Source: Phoronis australis
Taxonomy: Eukaryota > Animalia > Phoronida
Length of the DNA stretch: 64,000 bases
NCBI GenBank assembly: GCA_002633005.1
Contig: NMRA01000023.1
Location: 178,580 to 242,579, forward strand
Reading direction: 5' to 3'
A model generated the notes under the pieces. That model worked only from the letters and a program-made list of their open reading frames with translations. It had not been told where the DNA came from and did not search any database. Positions 41,711 to 52,421 of this stretch are shown here, one piece after another (the first letter of the stretch is position 1; every line of letters begins with the position of its first letter). Position numbers and translations under genes: made by a program.

Positions 41711-43616
41711 CTGAAATACATATACCTCACTTCAGCCATAATATCTAACAGCACGATTTTTCTCCAATGCCCTTAATCTATCCACGCGATTTGAGTACCG
41801 GCATATACTTTTGATAACGGCAAAGGTTTATGAATAGTCCATATATACAGAACATGACGTTCCGTGACTAAGTGACCCACACTCCTGACAATAGAACCCG
41901 TTCAACAGAAAGCAAATAACAATGTAAACTTATGTGCATTCACGTTAACGTACTCTCTCCCTAAATTTAGTAGAACAGGGCCATTGGAAGCCGCTCGTGG
42001 AACCATTTCCGTGACAACGATAGCACCCTCACCTATTTCGGATCATGTTCTTACGCCACTTCTTGTTTTTAACCACCCGGCTTGAGCCAGAGCAGATTCG
42101 TGTGTAGTAAGTCTTATAAGAAAGTCACTCAATGACGCAATATGATTAAGAAATGTGTAAATAGCGCAGATACACATCCATTGGCACATGTAGTGGGTCA
42201 AGGGGGTGTGGGGGTCGAGAGGTTTTAGCACAATCCCAGCAGAAGAAATCACTGTATTATTGACTGTGTCCATTTAACAAAGCCGAGACGAGTCGAGAAA
42301 GGTTTTATCGATTCATTGCAATGTTCCTCGTTCAGTATGTGGTATAAATAGATTATTACATGTTCCCAGGCGTAATCCTCCTTATCTAGAGCCCTCCTGG
42401 GCGATAATTCTCCAAATTCCACTCGGTCTCTAGAATACGGGGGATAACGACTTCGTCACGTAATAATCTATAGTTATTTCATTGTTTTCCACTTAAACAG
42501 CTGCAACGAATAAGGTGAGTGTCGGTTGACTAAAAGATTTTGCATGCTGAATATTAGATTGCAGCTGGCTGGCTGGCAAGAGTCCACACTGCCCAGTCAC
42601 GCCACCAGTGTAAATTGTTGATACAGACTGGGTCCACCGGCATTTTTTTTTCTGACGATGACGACGACTGGGTATCACTTTGTGTTGCCTCGGCCCAAAC
42701 AGGTATCCCTGGTGACCCGACATTTCACATTAAAATTTCTTGTTCCGACAGTTTGAAGAACACTACTCGACTGCACGCTGAAATAGGACACTGATTTTAC
42801 CCCACCAACTACGTCACGAGAAGCAGCGCTCCAAGCGGGTGATTTCTTACCTCCGTTAGAGAATATAAAATTTATTCAGAATAAAATACAGTTCCCTTTT
42901 AAGTTGTTCTCAATTCAGCCACAGTTGGGCTATATTATTCCCTTATCAAGGCATCTATACTTTCTTGTTCTCGCGCGGCTCGGGTATGCCTGCAAAGCGC
43001 ACACAACTGTTCTCTCGCGCACCCTGTTCTCCTTTGGTAGGCTCTTATTCCACCTCCCGGACAAATTTGGCGTCTTCTGGACTTATTTCTCTGCCACAGC
43101 TGTTCACTACTCTAAAATTAGTCTGTCTATATATTGCGTGACACCATGTTTTGACTCGAGCGGTAGGCAATCTTTCTAAGCTGAGACCTCTTTGTCCAGA
43201 ACATGGTTATGTTTTCTCCCATCGAGAATAATGATGATACTGACCCAAATGATTCACGATGTTGATTATTGGCCAAATTAGAAGCATAAAATTGAGAACG
43301 ATTATTGAAAACACATCGTAACTTTATACGAATAGCATACAGTGTGATGTTAACGACATTGGCTCTCAGTTACCTATCGTAAAGCTTGCCAAAGCTATCC
43401 TAGAGACCACATTTGTCAATTAAATTGCAGGTTGCGAAAAGAAAATCAGTAGAGCCTGTTCTCAAGTCAAAACGAACTGGCAATTCTTTCCAAGTACAGA
43501 TATCACACATACTTCTACTGTGGGACAATTTGGTGCAAATTTGATAACAGAAAGCGCTCTAAATCAAAAATGAGTTTTTGTGACGGAAGGTGAATTTAGA
43601 GCCGCTTTAAACATAC

Positions 43617-43701
43617 CTGCAATATTCTATTCCAAGTGAGTTAACAAAGCATGTCCCTCCATTGAAACAAAAAACTTGCCTCTGGCACCGGTCTGGTTGG
43701 T
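43617..43701 (-). CDS. Exon 7: N-half of EGF domain 2 (DQPDRCQRQVFCFNGGTCFVNSLGIEYCR)
   Basis: Acceptor tcttatag|AC, donor AG|gtatgt, 85 nt, phase 1->2. CFNGGTC motif. Confidence 0.85.
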
Positions 43702-44454
43702 CTATAAGATAAATACACATCACTGATTAAATGGAGTGCTATTTTTTGCTAGGTAATTACAAGTTGATTTAACTATTTAAGTGCAATGCAATAGCTCCCT
43801 AAGTGTTTTGACTAGGAAAATTTATTATGAAATCTTCCCCCTTCACACGCATGCGTACTTTCTGCGTTTTAAATGGCATATTTTTGTGCAATTTTCCAAT
43901 ACAGATGGTTAAATATGACAAAATTTTGAACTTCAACTTCGCCATATTCGTTACTATATTGTACATGCGCAAAACATTGCTTTTTGAACGCGGTTGCTAA
44001 TAGGTTGAGGAAGGAGAGGAAGGAGACGACTGCGAAGCTTGTTGTTTTGAGCAAAAATGTACAGTAAAATTCAAATGAAAATACCTAAATTTACTTACAT
44101 CAAATTGCCGGAAATTTCCGAAAAGGTCTCCAGGGTTTGATTGCGAAATTGTGTCCAGAATATTTAGGAAGACCCTTAGTTGAAAACTTGGGATTTTGCT
44201 GAGCTGAATTGAATATTGTTACCATGACATCTAGGTATTTTAACTACCACGATCAACAATTTTAGGCTCCATGGCCGTATTACTAGAAGCAGGCAACCAT
44301 GTTTAAGTAAGCAACGGTCGTCCTCCCTAAAAGGTGCAATTACAGCGGTATTTTATACTGCGCACACTGAATACAAACGGAACCTTGGAGAATTTACATT
44401 GCGTGTACGATTTATCAAAGGAATATCCCAAGCAGTAGCACAATCTAGATAAAC

Positions 44455-46610
44455 AAATAAGAGCAACGCGAAGCGTTGAAATGCGCCCAAAAGTGCAACG
44501 TAAAACGTTTGTTGATAGTGGTGTTTTAATATCATAGAAATGGTCATTCGATAGCGTAGAAAACGTTGAATCCGTTCGAACTTGGGAAGGCGTCGTCATC
44601 TCTATAATACCAAACTTTCAGCCAAAATTCTATGCAAATCAAGGAAATCCAAAGATAAAGAGGCAGACGTAAAAAGGGATAGGTTGCCATTAGGAGGCAA
44701 AGCGGTAGTCGAGTCCGAATATGTTGTCAGGTTAATAGTAATACACTTGCCAAATTGTGATCTTGCAAGGGGTCTGATAAATGCAGCCACAGGACAAAAA
44801 TGTCGCTAGGGGAAAGCACAGTACTTGGACGCGTCTGAAACCACCCCAGTCGTGCTCTTGTCAGTAGTAACACATCTGCTAATTTTGATAGTGATCATCT
44901 TGGCTGTTAAGTGATATAGAAGCAGACGGTAAAAAGTAGATTTAAAATGGCCACTAGGCGGCATCAATCCCAAAATAGAAAACTGCTGTCGTCTTCATAA
45001 TGGAAATTTGTTCAACAAATTTCACGAAAGGATATGAAGGATATCTGAAGACAAAGAAGTAAAGGTAAAAAAATAAAAAGGTGGAAGCTAAAAACGAACA
45101 TCAAATGATAAAAGTAAAATGACCACTAGGTGGCGCAGAATACGTCAAATGCGTGCGAAAACCAGCGTTATCCGCGGACTTTCATCGTAAACGCATCTGT
45201 CAATGTTCTAAATAATCTTTTAAGCGCAGATACAGAGGCGGTCGCCAAAAAAATGGGAATGTGCCGTTTTCTTCTTACTAGAAACCTATTTGCTAAATTT
45301 CATAAAAATCCATTGAGGAACTCCCAAGATACAGACGCAAACAAAAAACTAAAATTTCCACCAGGGGGAAGAACTGTAGTCATATCGGTTCGAAACTCGT
45401 CGTCGTCAGTCGGGAGGAGATACAAAAGCGGGCGCAGGGCGTCCTGCCGCCGCACAAAAAATGATATCAATATGCACCCACATATGGGGGCGCCTGAAAA
45501 CAGCCAGCTGAGAGGCGTACACTACGCTAAATCCATCTGAAACGTTATCTTCTCCTCATTAGTAGAAATCTACTTGCTAATTTTCACAAAATCCCATCAA
45601 GGAACTCTAAAGATACTGCGGAAAACGGGAAAATAAAATTATCACTAGGGGGTACAACGGTAATCGGATTCGTCCGAACATCGGCCTTATCTGTTGTCAC
45701 CTTCATAGAAATACACTTGCCAAAGTTAAAAAGATCTTGTGTAGGAGATACACCCTCAGACGCGGATAAAACAAAACTACCACTAGGAGGCGTGACAGTA
45801 GTCGGCGCGGTCCAAAAAATCAGCGTCAGCCGTCCACTTTCCTGTAGTAACGTGCATTCCAATTTGTATGATGAGCCTAAGAGTGGTTTGGCTGACAGAG
45901 AGGCGGACGCCAAAACGGACTAAAAATAATAAAGACGACCTGTATGTGGAGCGCACTACGGCAAATTCATCTGGAAACGGAAAGCGTTTCTCTCTTTTTA
46001 CAGAAATTTATTTGCCAAATTTCATAAAATTCCATATATGAACTCTAAAGATTAAAACTGACTAAGGAAAATTGCCAGAAACAGTTGGATCTGTTCGAAT
46101 ATCGTGGTTGCACTTTCACATAAATACATTTGCCAAATTTGACGAAGATCGTGCGGAGAGTTTAAGTGTACACAAAAACAAAACTGCCACTAGGCGGAGC
46201 CACTGTAGTTAGAGTTGTCCGAAAATCATCGTCAGCCGTTCTCTTCCCAGCAAGAACGCCGTGTTTCAATTTACATAGTCATCCTTACGGTGGTTTGGCC
46301 AATAGAGGGGCGAACCGCAATATACAGACTCGAAATGAGTAAACATTTCCACAAGGCGGGGGAAAATACATCAAATCCATCAACAAAACAAGACAGTGTC
46401 TGCATGTTCCTAATAGATACATTTTTGCCCAATTTCATGAAATCCGTTAAGGAAGGCACAGAGACAAACGCAAAGAAATTGTCACTAGAGGGCACACCGG
46501 TAGTCGGATCCGTTCGAAAATTCGCTCTTGCTGTCTCATCCACGGACGGACGCCGGTCTGCCGGACGGACAGACATAATGCGCCCACATATAATTGTGTG
46601 GACGCAAACC
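44455..46610 (+). mobile_element. Non-autonomous Helitron/Helentron-like (HINE-type) element with internal degenerate tandem array
   Basis: Recurrent CCAAATTTCAT-like and CCACTAGGnGGC-like units. GACGGACGGACAGAC microsatellite at ~46545-46575. ATGCGCCC subterminal motif at both ends and a 3' hairpin (CCACA-TATAAT-TGTGG). Inverted fragment of the family at 16870-17050. Confidence 0.55.
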
Positions 46611-47063
46611 AATGACCGTCAGAGCATTTCGTACTTAAATATGGAAATAGCCGCTTCCACCACATAAAAGCTGCATTGTCCAAATGTAATGGATTTGCAT
46701 CAATCTATTACTAAAAGCAGACTTATGGCTAGTATGTCAAAAGCTGTAGCATTACGCAGTTTGCAAAGCCCCTGCTATGGCAGCTAATGCAAATGAACCT
46801 GCCAATCACTTCTTTAAAACTGCATAAAACGCACACGACAAAATGCATTAAGGAAAGTTCACACTTATGGTTTTATGAAAGGGGTGCCACAATTAGCACA
46901 AGTACCAGTACTGTAATTGTTAAAATCCAATAAACGGTTGCCATGGCTGAGATTATCCATATATATGAGGAGCATATGGTTGTGTTACGTTATTTTGGAA
47001 CCTTAATGAAAAGTCTGGTATTTAGCCAAATATCTACAAAAACAGAGTTTGACTAAGTTATAG

Positions 47064-47217
47064 CAGTGGCGGATTTAGCACACATTTAAATCTTGTTTCA
47101 CCCGTATAATTTTAATTACCGGTTTTAATTAATAAACTCAACATTTCCCTACGCTCTTGCCGTTTTGTTTTGTTTTTTTTTTTNGGGGGCGCTCCCCCCC
47201 CCCTAAATCCGCCTATG
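47064..47217. mobile_element. MITE of the same family, 5-bp TSD
   Basis: Termini CAGTGGCGGATTTAG...CTAAATCCGCCTATG with TATAG duplicated. Confidence 0.75.
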
Positions 47218-48179
47218 TATAGAATATGCCACTGAAAGTAGAAAGTCTAAAGAGTTTGATCATTGGCTTTTCGCTAATCTGTCATTATTTGGGACACATG
47301 ATCATGAGTTTTCAATAAAATGTAGTCTAAACAAAATGGCAGATGCATTGATAGCAGAACAACGGTATCAGTAACACGATCCAAATGTATTTGATGTAAA
47401 TGTTCAAAATGAGATCACAAAAGCTTTGTAGGCTTTTCAGTACCAATTCGTTTTCCTAAAAATTATAAAAACCCTATTTTAATAGACAGAGGTATATATA
47501 AAACGTTTAAATAGATATACATATACATATACATATGCCCACACATCACACATATACAAACTTGATTGAAGACATGACCATACTTTTTGTTTGACAGCTT
47601 AATACATCATCTCTTGTAGTATCTAAACAATGTCCTCTCTTTAGGCGTGCAGCACCGACATCACAGACAAACCATGATGAGACACGTGGTCTCGAAATAT
47701 AGCTAGTGTGTTAGCTTGTGTGTCTGTTATGTCTCTCGGTGTTTTGGTAAATAGCCGCACGTCTGATGAAATGATATTGTTTAGAGACTACGAGAGAGTA
47801 TCTGTTAAGCTGTCAAACAAAAAGTACAGCCGTGTATCAAGTTTGTGTTGATGGAGGGATGCTACTGCTAAACATACACATATACATGCACACGCGCTCA
47901 CACGCGCGCATATATATATATATATATATATATAGAACGCATAGAAAATAGAACAAAAAAGGTAAGGAATGGAAAAATAAGACAGCAATTACTATTTGCA
48001 TTTGAATGAAATTGTGGTAAACGGAATATATGAACATGAAGATGCATTGGTTGTGGCCACAATATATACATGCATCCCGCATAACACATTATGCAACTCA
48101 CACTGGTGCAAGCAAGGTTCCATGGATCAGTCACTTACAGAAACATAGACTTGGGTAGGCCTACAGTAGAGACACTCAC

Positions 48180-48284
48180 CTAATTCACGAATTGCAATTA
48201 CTTGTGAAACGTCCGTAAACATCCCTTGTTTGGCATTGTAAGTGTGTATGCACCGATACGTGCCAAAGTCCGAGCTTCTGAGAC
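48180..48284 (-). CDS. Exon 6: Ig domain 1, F-G strands (GLRSSDFGTYRCIHTYNAKQGMFTDVSQVIAIREL)
   Basis: DxGxYxC Ig motif. Acceptor atgacag|GT, donor G|gtgagt, 105 nt, phase 1-1. Confidence 0.85.
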
Positions 48285-49051
48285 CTGTCATTAAAACATG
48301 CTGTGAGCTTGAGTAGAACATTGAGTATTGTTTGGAGAAGCAATTGTTCAATGTTGACTTATGTAGGAGAGAGTACAAGCAGTTCGATTTTCATCGACCA
48401 CTTCAAAAAAATTCAGTGATAATTTCGGGTAAAGTACATGTTTTTAAAATAAATACGTGATCATAACGATACGTGTGAAGGGTGTTTTCCATCAGCCTTT
48501 CACTATCTCTAGGGCCATTTTTCAGAGACAGATCTACAGGGGTGAGGCGTCTTCAATTAATATTTCCGTGGAAAATGACACTCCTTTCTATCGTAAATGC
48601 GTGACGAGGCTTCGAAACTTTGCCCGACCGCAATTTCCGATGAGCAGCTGTGCCGCTAAGCGAACTGTTTTTGCTCATACCAAAACGGTACTCAGACAGG
48701 TAGGTACACATCAGTCCTGGCAACTTCTTTGCACGAAAATTATACTAAAGGGCGTGGGTTCGTAAGACTAAAGAAAGATTTCCACTGAACAGATGTCAAC
48801 TGTATATCAGACACCTGAAATGTTCTGTCTCATACATTGTTACTAGTATTATGACGCACTCGTCTCTCCATGTCCATTGTTCCTGCATGTACATAAAGAG
48901 ATGCACTAGTATTAAGCTCAGATGTCTGTCACGGTGAACCATTTAAGTCCGCCAGAACAATTAATGTACAGAATGTAAAACTACTCCCAGAAACTCCTTT
49001 CAATCCGTACCATCGGTAAGCTAATGACTGCCACCACAGACAAATACATAC

Positions 49052-49202
49052 CAAAGATCTTCACGTCAACACTACCATAACCACCAGACCCGCCAACACC
49101 CGGTGCCGTCGTGGGATTCCCTTGCACTTTGTACCTGCCTTTCAAATCGAAAGGTTCCAGGAGCGTTACGTTGAAAATGATATCAACAAAACTGCAGTTT
49201 GT
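49052..49202 (-). CDS. Exon 5: Ig domain 1, middle (TNCSFVDIIFNVTLLEPFDLKGRYKVQGNPTTAPGVGGSGGYGSVDVKIF)
   Basis: Acceptor tttttcag|ACA, donor G|gtatgt, 151 nt, phase 0->1. Shares TLLEP..GRYK with paralog 38191-38341, which is also 151 nt. Confidence 0.8.
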
Positions 49203-51243
49203 CTGAAAAACGTTGTAGAGTTTACAAACAAGTTGGCTTTCTCTGAAACTCGCGTTACGGCATGGAACCCAGATACGAAGGCTACTCTTGTTCCCAACGC
49301 AGGATACAATAGCATTCGAAGAAGAAAAGTACAGCTAGTAGTTTTACCGCATTCATTTCCCTATTTGGAATCTTGCTGAGAAACTTTATGATGTTTACTT
49401 TCGCACTTTGAACAAGAGCAAAAGCAAAGTATTGACATGCGCCCACGGCATACCGCTAATTGAGCTCGTTGGATATATTTTCCGTAGTTGCGAACACGAT
49501 AACGTCACACGCGTGTGACGTTATCGTATTCGTAACTACACATAGTAATATTAGCTTGAACAACCAATTTCGCGAGTAACCCATACTTAGGAATAAAATG
49601 AGCATTTGGACTACATGTATGACATCAAACTCTGAAGTTATTTAGATAGTCTCTCAGGCATTTTGACAATCGTTTCCATCTCATATCTCATGACTGTAAC
49701 CAAAATATGTCTTAAATCGTCGAGGATGCTCCAAATTTACACACGACCAACCAAATAAGGTAATCTCAGAACCTCGCCAAGAATATCTTACACTGTGCAC
49801 CTATATACAAAATTTTTGCACTTAAATAAGTTTAAATGCAAGACCTTATTGACACGTCTGCGTGTTTAGCCAAATATCTACAAAAGCACAGATTTAAAAC
49901 TAGTAAAATATAATTTCAGAACGAAAAACATTTGTTGATTTTTTTACTTTTTACCAAACTGCCATTAGTTGGAACACGTAATTGTATCTTTTTAGTAAAA
50001 TTTAAAAAGTACAGAGGCAACAAAATCATGACATCAATAACACGATCAAATTTTACTTGATAAAAATTGACTAGTTTCATAGCAACGGCGTTCAGGGCAA
50101 AATTTTTCTTCCCGTTGTTTTCTCGAAAGAAATCTTATTTTTCATAACCACACGCACGAGCATCTCAACAAAAAGAAAATCGGCTCTCAACATTATTATC
50201 AGTGTTTTTCTGTTGCCCTGCCGTAATTTGTGTCATGTATGCACATGTATTCCAACTATCGGCGACTTACTCAACATATCTTTGGCTACGTGTATTGAAT
50301 TCGCCCAGATCCTGCTGTTATTAATTGGTTTCAAATTTCTTTGATTTTGAAATTGCTTTTCCTTCATGAAAAACTCACGGACAATTCTGTTTCGTGAACA
50401 TCTAGCAGGTATCTGCTGAAAAAGGTTGATGTGACGCTGTCTTTCGTGAATACCGGCAGCGGCACCAAGACTGAAACGCGGAGACGGCAGCTATCGCGAC
50501 TTGCGTAACATTCACCGGCCTGTTCCACACATGCGCGCACCAAGCCTAAAACATGGGGGCTCGAATTTTTGAGAATGTTGACCTTTTCTTAAGACTCGTG
50601 AGATACGTTCAGAGCTATGAAAAGTGTTTTCGCCGAATTTTGACAGTTCCTGCCTTTTTAGTTGAAATTTGTCTCGTTTTCTACCTTTTCTTGGTGTTTT
50701 CTGTTCATCTGAGGAGGAACTGATTGCCAACTTCACCAAATTTCGGGGGATTGTTGGAGCCCCCGAGCCCCCACCCCCCACCCCGGGTGCGTACATGCTA
50801 CCTACATGCCTTTTCTATTGTTACCTAATCAAATCGACAATTATTGGCGGTTCCACAGCATGAAAATAAAAGTTAGCCCCATACCAACTGTAAATGTGGA
50901 AATCAACTCCCAACAACCTAAAGCACAGTACAATCTAAATTGTGCAGCATGGTCTCCTCGCAGGGACATAGGTCGTGTACAGTTGGCCAAGCACAACTAC
51001 GTCCAACTCGCTGCTATTTACTGCTAATTTTTGGCTAAAGAGTTGTTACCGCAACAAATCGGGTACGTGTCCTACTTGGCTAACGATATGCATGGTCGTG
51101 TGGCCCGGTTTAGTCCTCATAATCATTAAAGTAGCATTACAGGTTTTTACTTTTAGAAAACGTCTTATAATTTTGCTGACCTAATTTCTACCCCACAACC
51201 CTCACTGTTTAACTTTCCTCGTAAACCTAGTGTACCTACTTAC

Positions 51244-51392
51244 CTTCTTTTGAATTTGTATGTCCACACTGGGAAAATCGTAATAGGGTGACTTCCAAAG
51301 CAAGCAACTTATGGTCGCGTCATCTCCGTACCGTTTGAACACGTCGTCCCATACATCTTTACCGTCTATATGTAATTGGGCTCGGCCGTGTC
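51244..51392 (-). CDS. Exon 4: Ig domain 1, strands A-C (HGRAQLHIDGKDVWDDVFKRYGDDATISCLLWKSPYYDFPSVDIQIQKK)
   Basis: Acceptor ttatcag|GA, donor AAG|gtaagt, 149 nt, phase 1->0. G-x-x-A-T-I-S-C B-strand motif. Same length and phases as paralog 38752-38900. Confidence 0.8.
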
Positions 51393-51706
51393 CTGATAAT
51401 TAAAAACAGCATGGTATTTTTGTAGTCATATAGCCCTTTTACTGGTAAAATAAAGCCTATGTTCCACGTCAATGCCTCCCTGTGGCTTTTGGAACGTCCC
51501 GGCATGATTTGGGAGGTTGACGATAAGGCAAAGCAGACGTTTGATGAGCGCTTACGTGTCATATCTTTAAGTAGCTGATCAGACCACCGATCTTGTCACA
51601 GCATCAGTTGGGTAATATGTGACAGCTCTAAAGTTATGAAGCTTCATTAAGAACGACGAAAAGGATGATGGCGACGACGCCAAAAGCTGTAAGAGATGTA
51701 ACTCAC

Positions 51707-51838
51707 TGCATTCAAAGGCTGATTCGTCGGATGAGTCGGGACAGTCGTTTTGCGTATCACAACGCTGAGTGAATTGGATGCATGTTTTGCCGTCGTGGCA
51801 CATCCATTGGCCAGAGAGGCACTTGATGGAGGGTACAG
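51707..51838 (-). CDS. Exon 3: LDL-receptor class A (LDLa) domain (VPSIKCLSGQWMCHDGKTCIQFTQRCDTQNDCPDSSDESAFEC)
   Basis: Six cysteines with the canonical CD...DCxDxSDE acidic motif. Acceptor gtaccag|CT, donor A|gtgagt, 132 nt, symmetric phase 1-1. Confidence 0.9.
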
Positions 51839-52353
51839 CTGGTACATAAAACAAATAATGGGCTGTAAAACTTCTTCAAACGGTAACAGAGACGGTAAGA
51901 TCTAAACAAATTCTACACACGCCAATAAATTAGATAGACCTTGGTACCAATATCATGGAATAAAATCTAGCCTACCGAGCATGAAATACAGGAGACCAGA
52001 CACTGGCGGAGCAAGGGTACAACTACATCTCTAGAGATAAATATGCCCTGAATGCAGACGTGTGGAAAATATGTACACTGACAACTGGATGTAGCAAGTA
52101 ATGCTCAACTACAGCTTGACGTGAAAAGTCAATGTTCTCAAAAACTTCAAAATGTTATGCCGGAGTCAGGTTGGCCATGCTCTGACAATGCCAGGCCTTG
52201 TGAACCCCTAAATCATACTTATTCTATTTTACACTGATCAGTCCTTTTTACAAAGTTGCATTGCTCTCATTTATTTTCTCTGTGAACATTCAGATGTAGG
52301 GTCTACTGCACAAATAATGTAAATGGTGACGTAATCTAAACAAACCTACTTAC

Positions 52354-52421
52354 TTACAACCGGGATTACAAAGTCAATTACAGGTTCTTCACACCTAATT
52401 CCTTCGTATTCATCAGTACAT
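52354..52421 (-). CDS. Exon 2: C-half of EGF domain 1 (CTDEYEGIRCEEPVIDFVIPVV)
   Basis: Acceptor tattccag|A, donor A|gtaagt, 68 nt, phase 2->1. Cys5-x8-Cys6 with YxGxRC. Paralogous to 41637-41710. Confidence 0.85.

Larger units (their letters stand above)
36470..42230. repeat. Intronic interspersed repeat family: copies at ~36470-36950(+), ~40660-41125(+), ~41925-42230(-), partial 37205-37320(-)
   Basis: Shared CCCACGACC-rich head and core GGTGGTTAAAAAC..GTGCTATCGTTGTCACGGAAAT..CTAAA(C/T)TTAGGGAGA. Confidence 0.8.

Noticed and set aside
44455-46610. CRISPR-like repeat-spacer array
   Set aside because: Eukaryotic context, degenerate and irregular units, and no cas genes.
51244-51365. Shorter Ig1 exon using the tatag acceptor at 51366
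   Set aside because: The upstream acceptor at 51393 has a better pyrimidine tract and gives 149 nt, identical to the paralogous exon.
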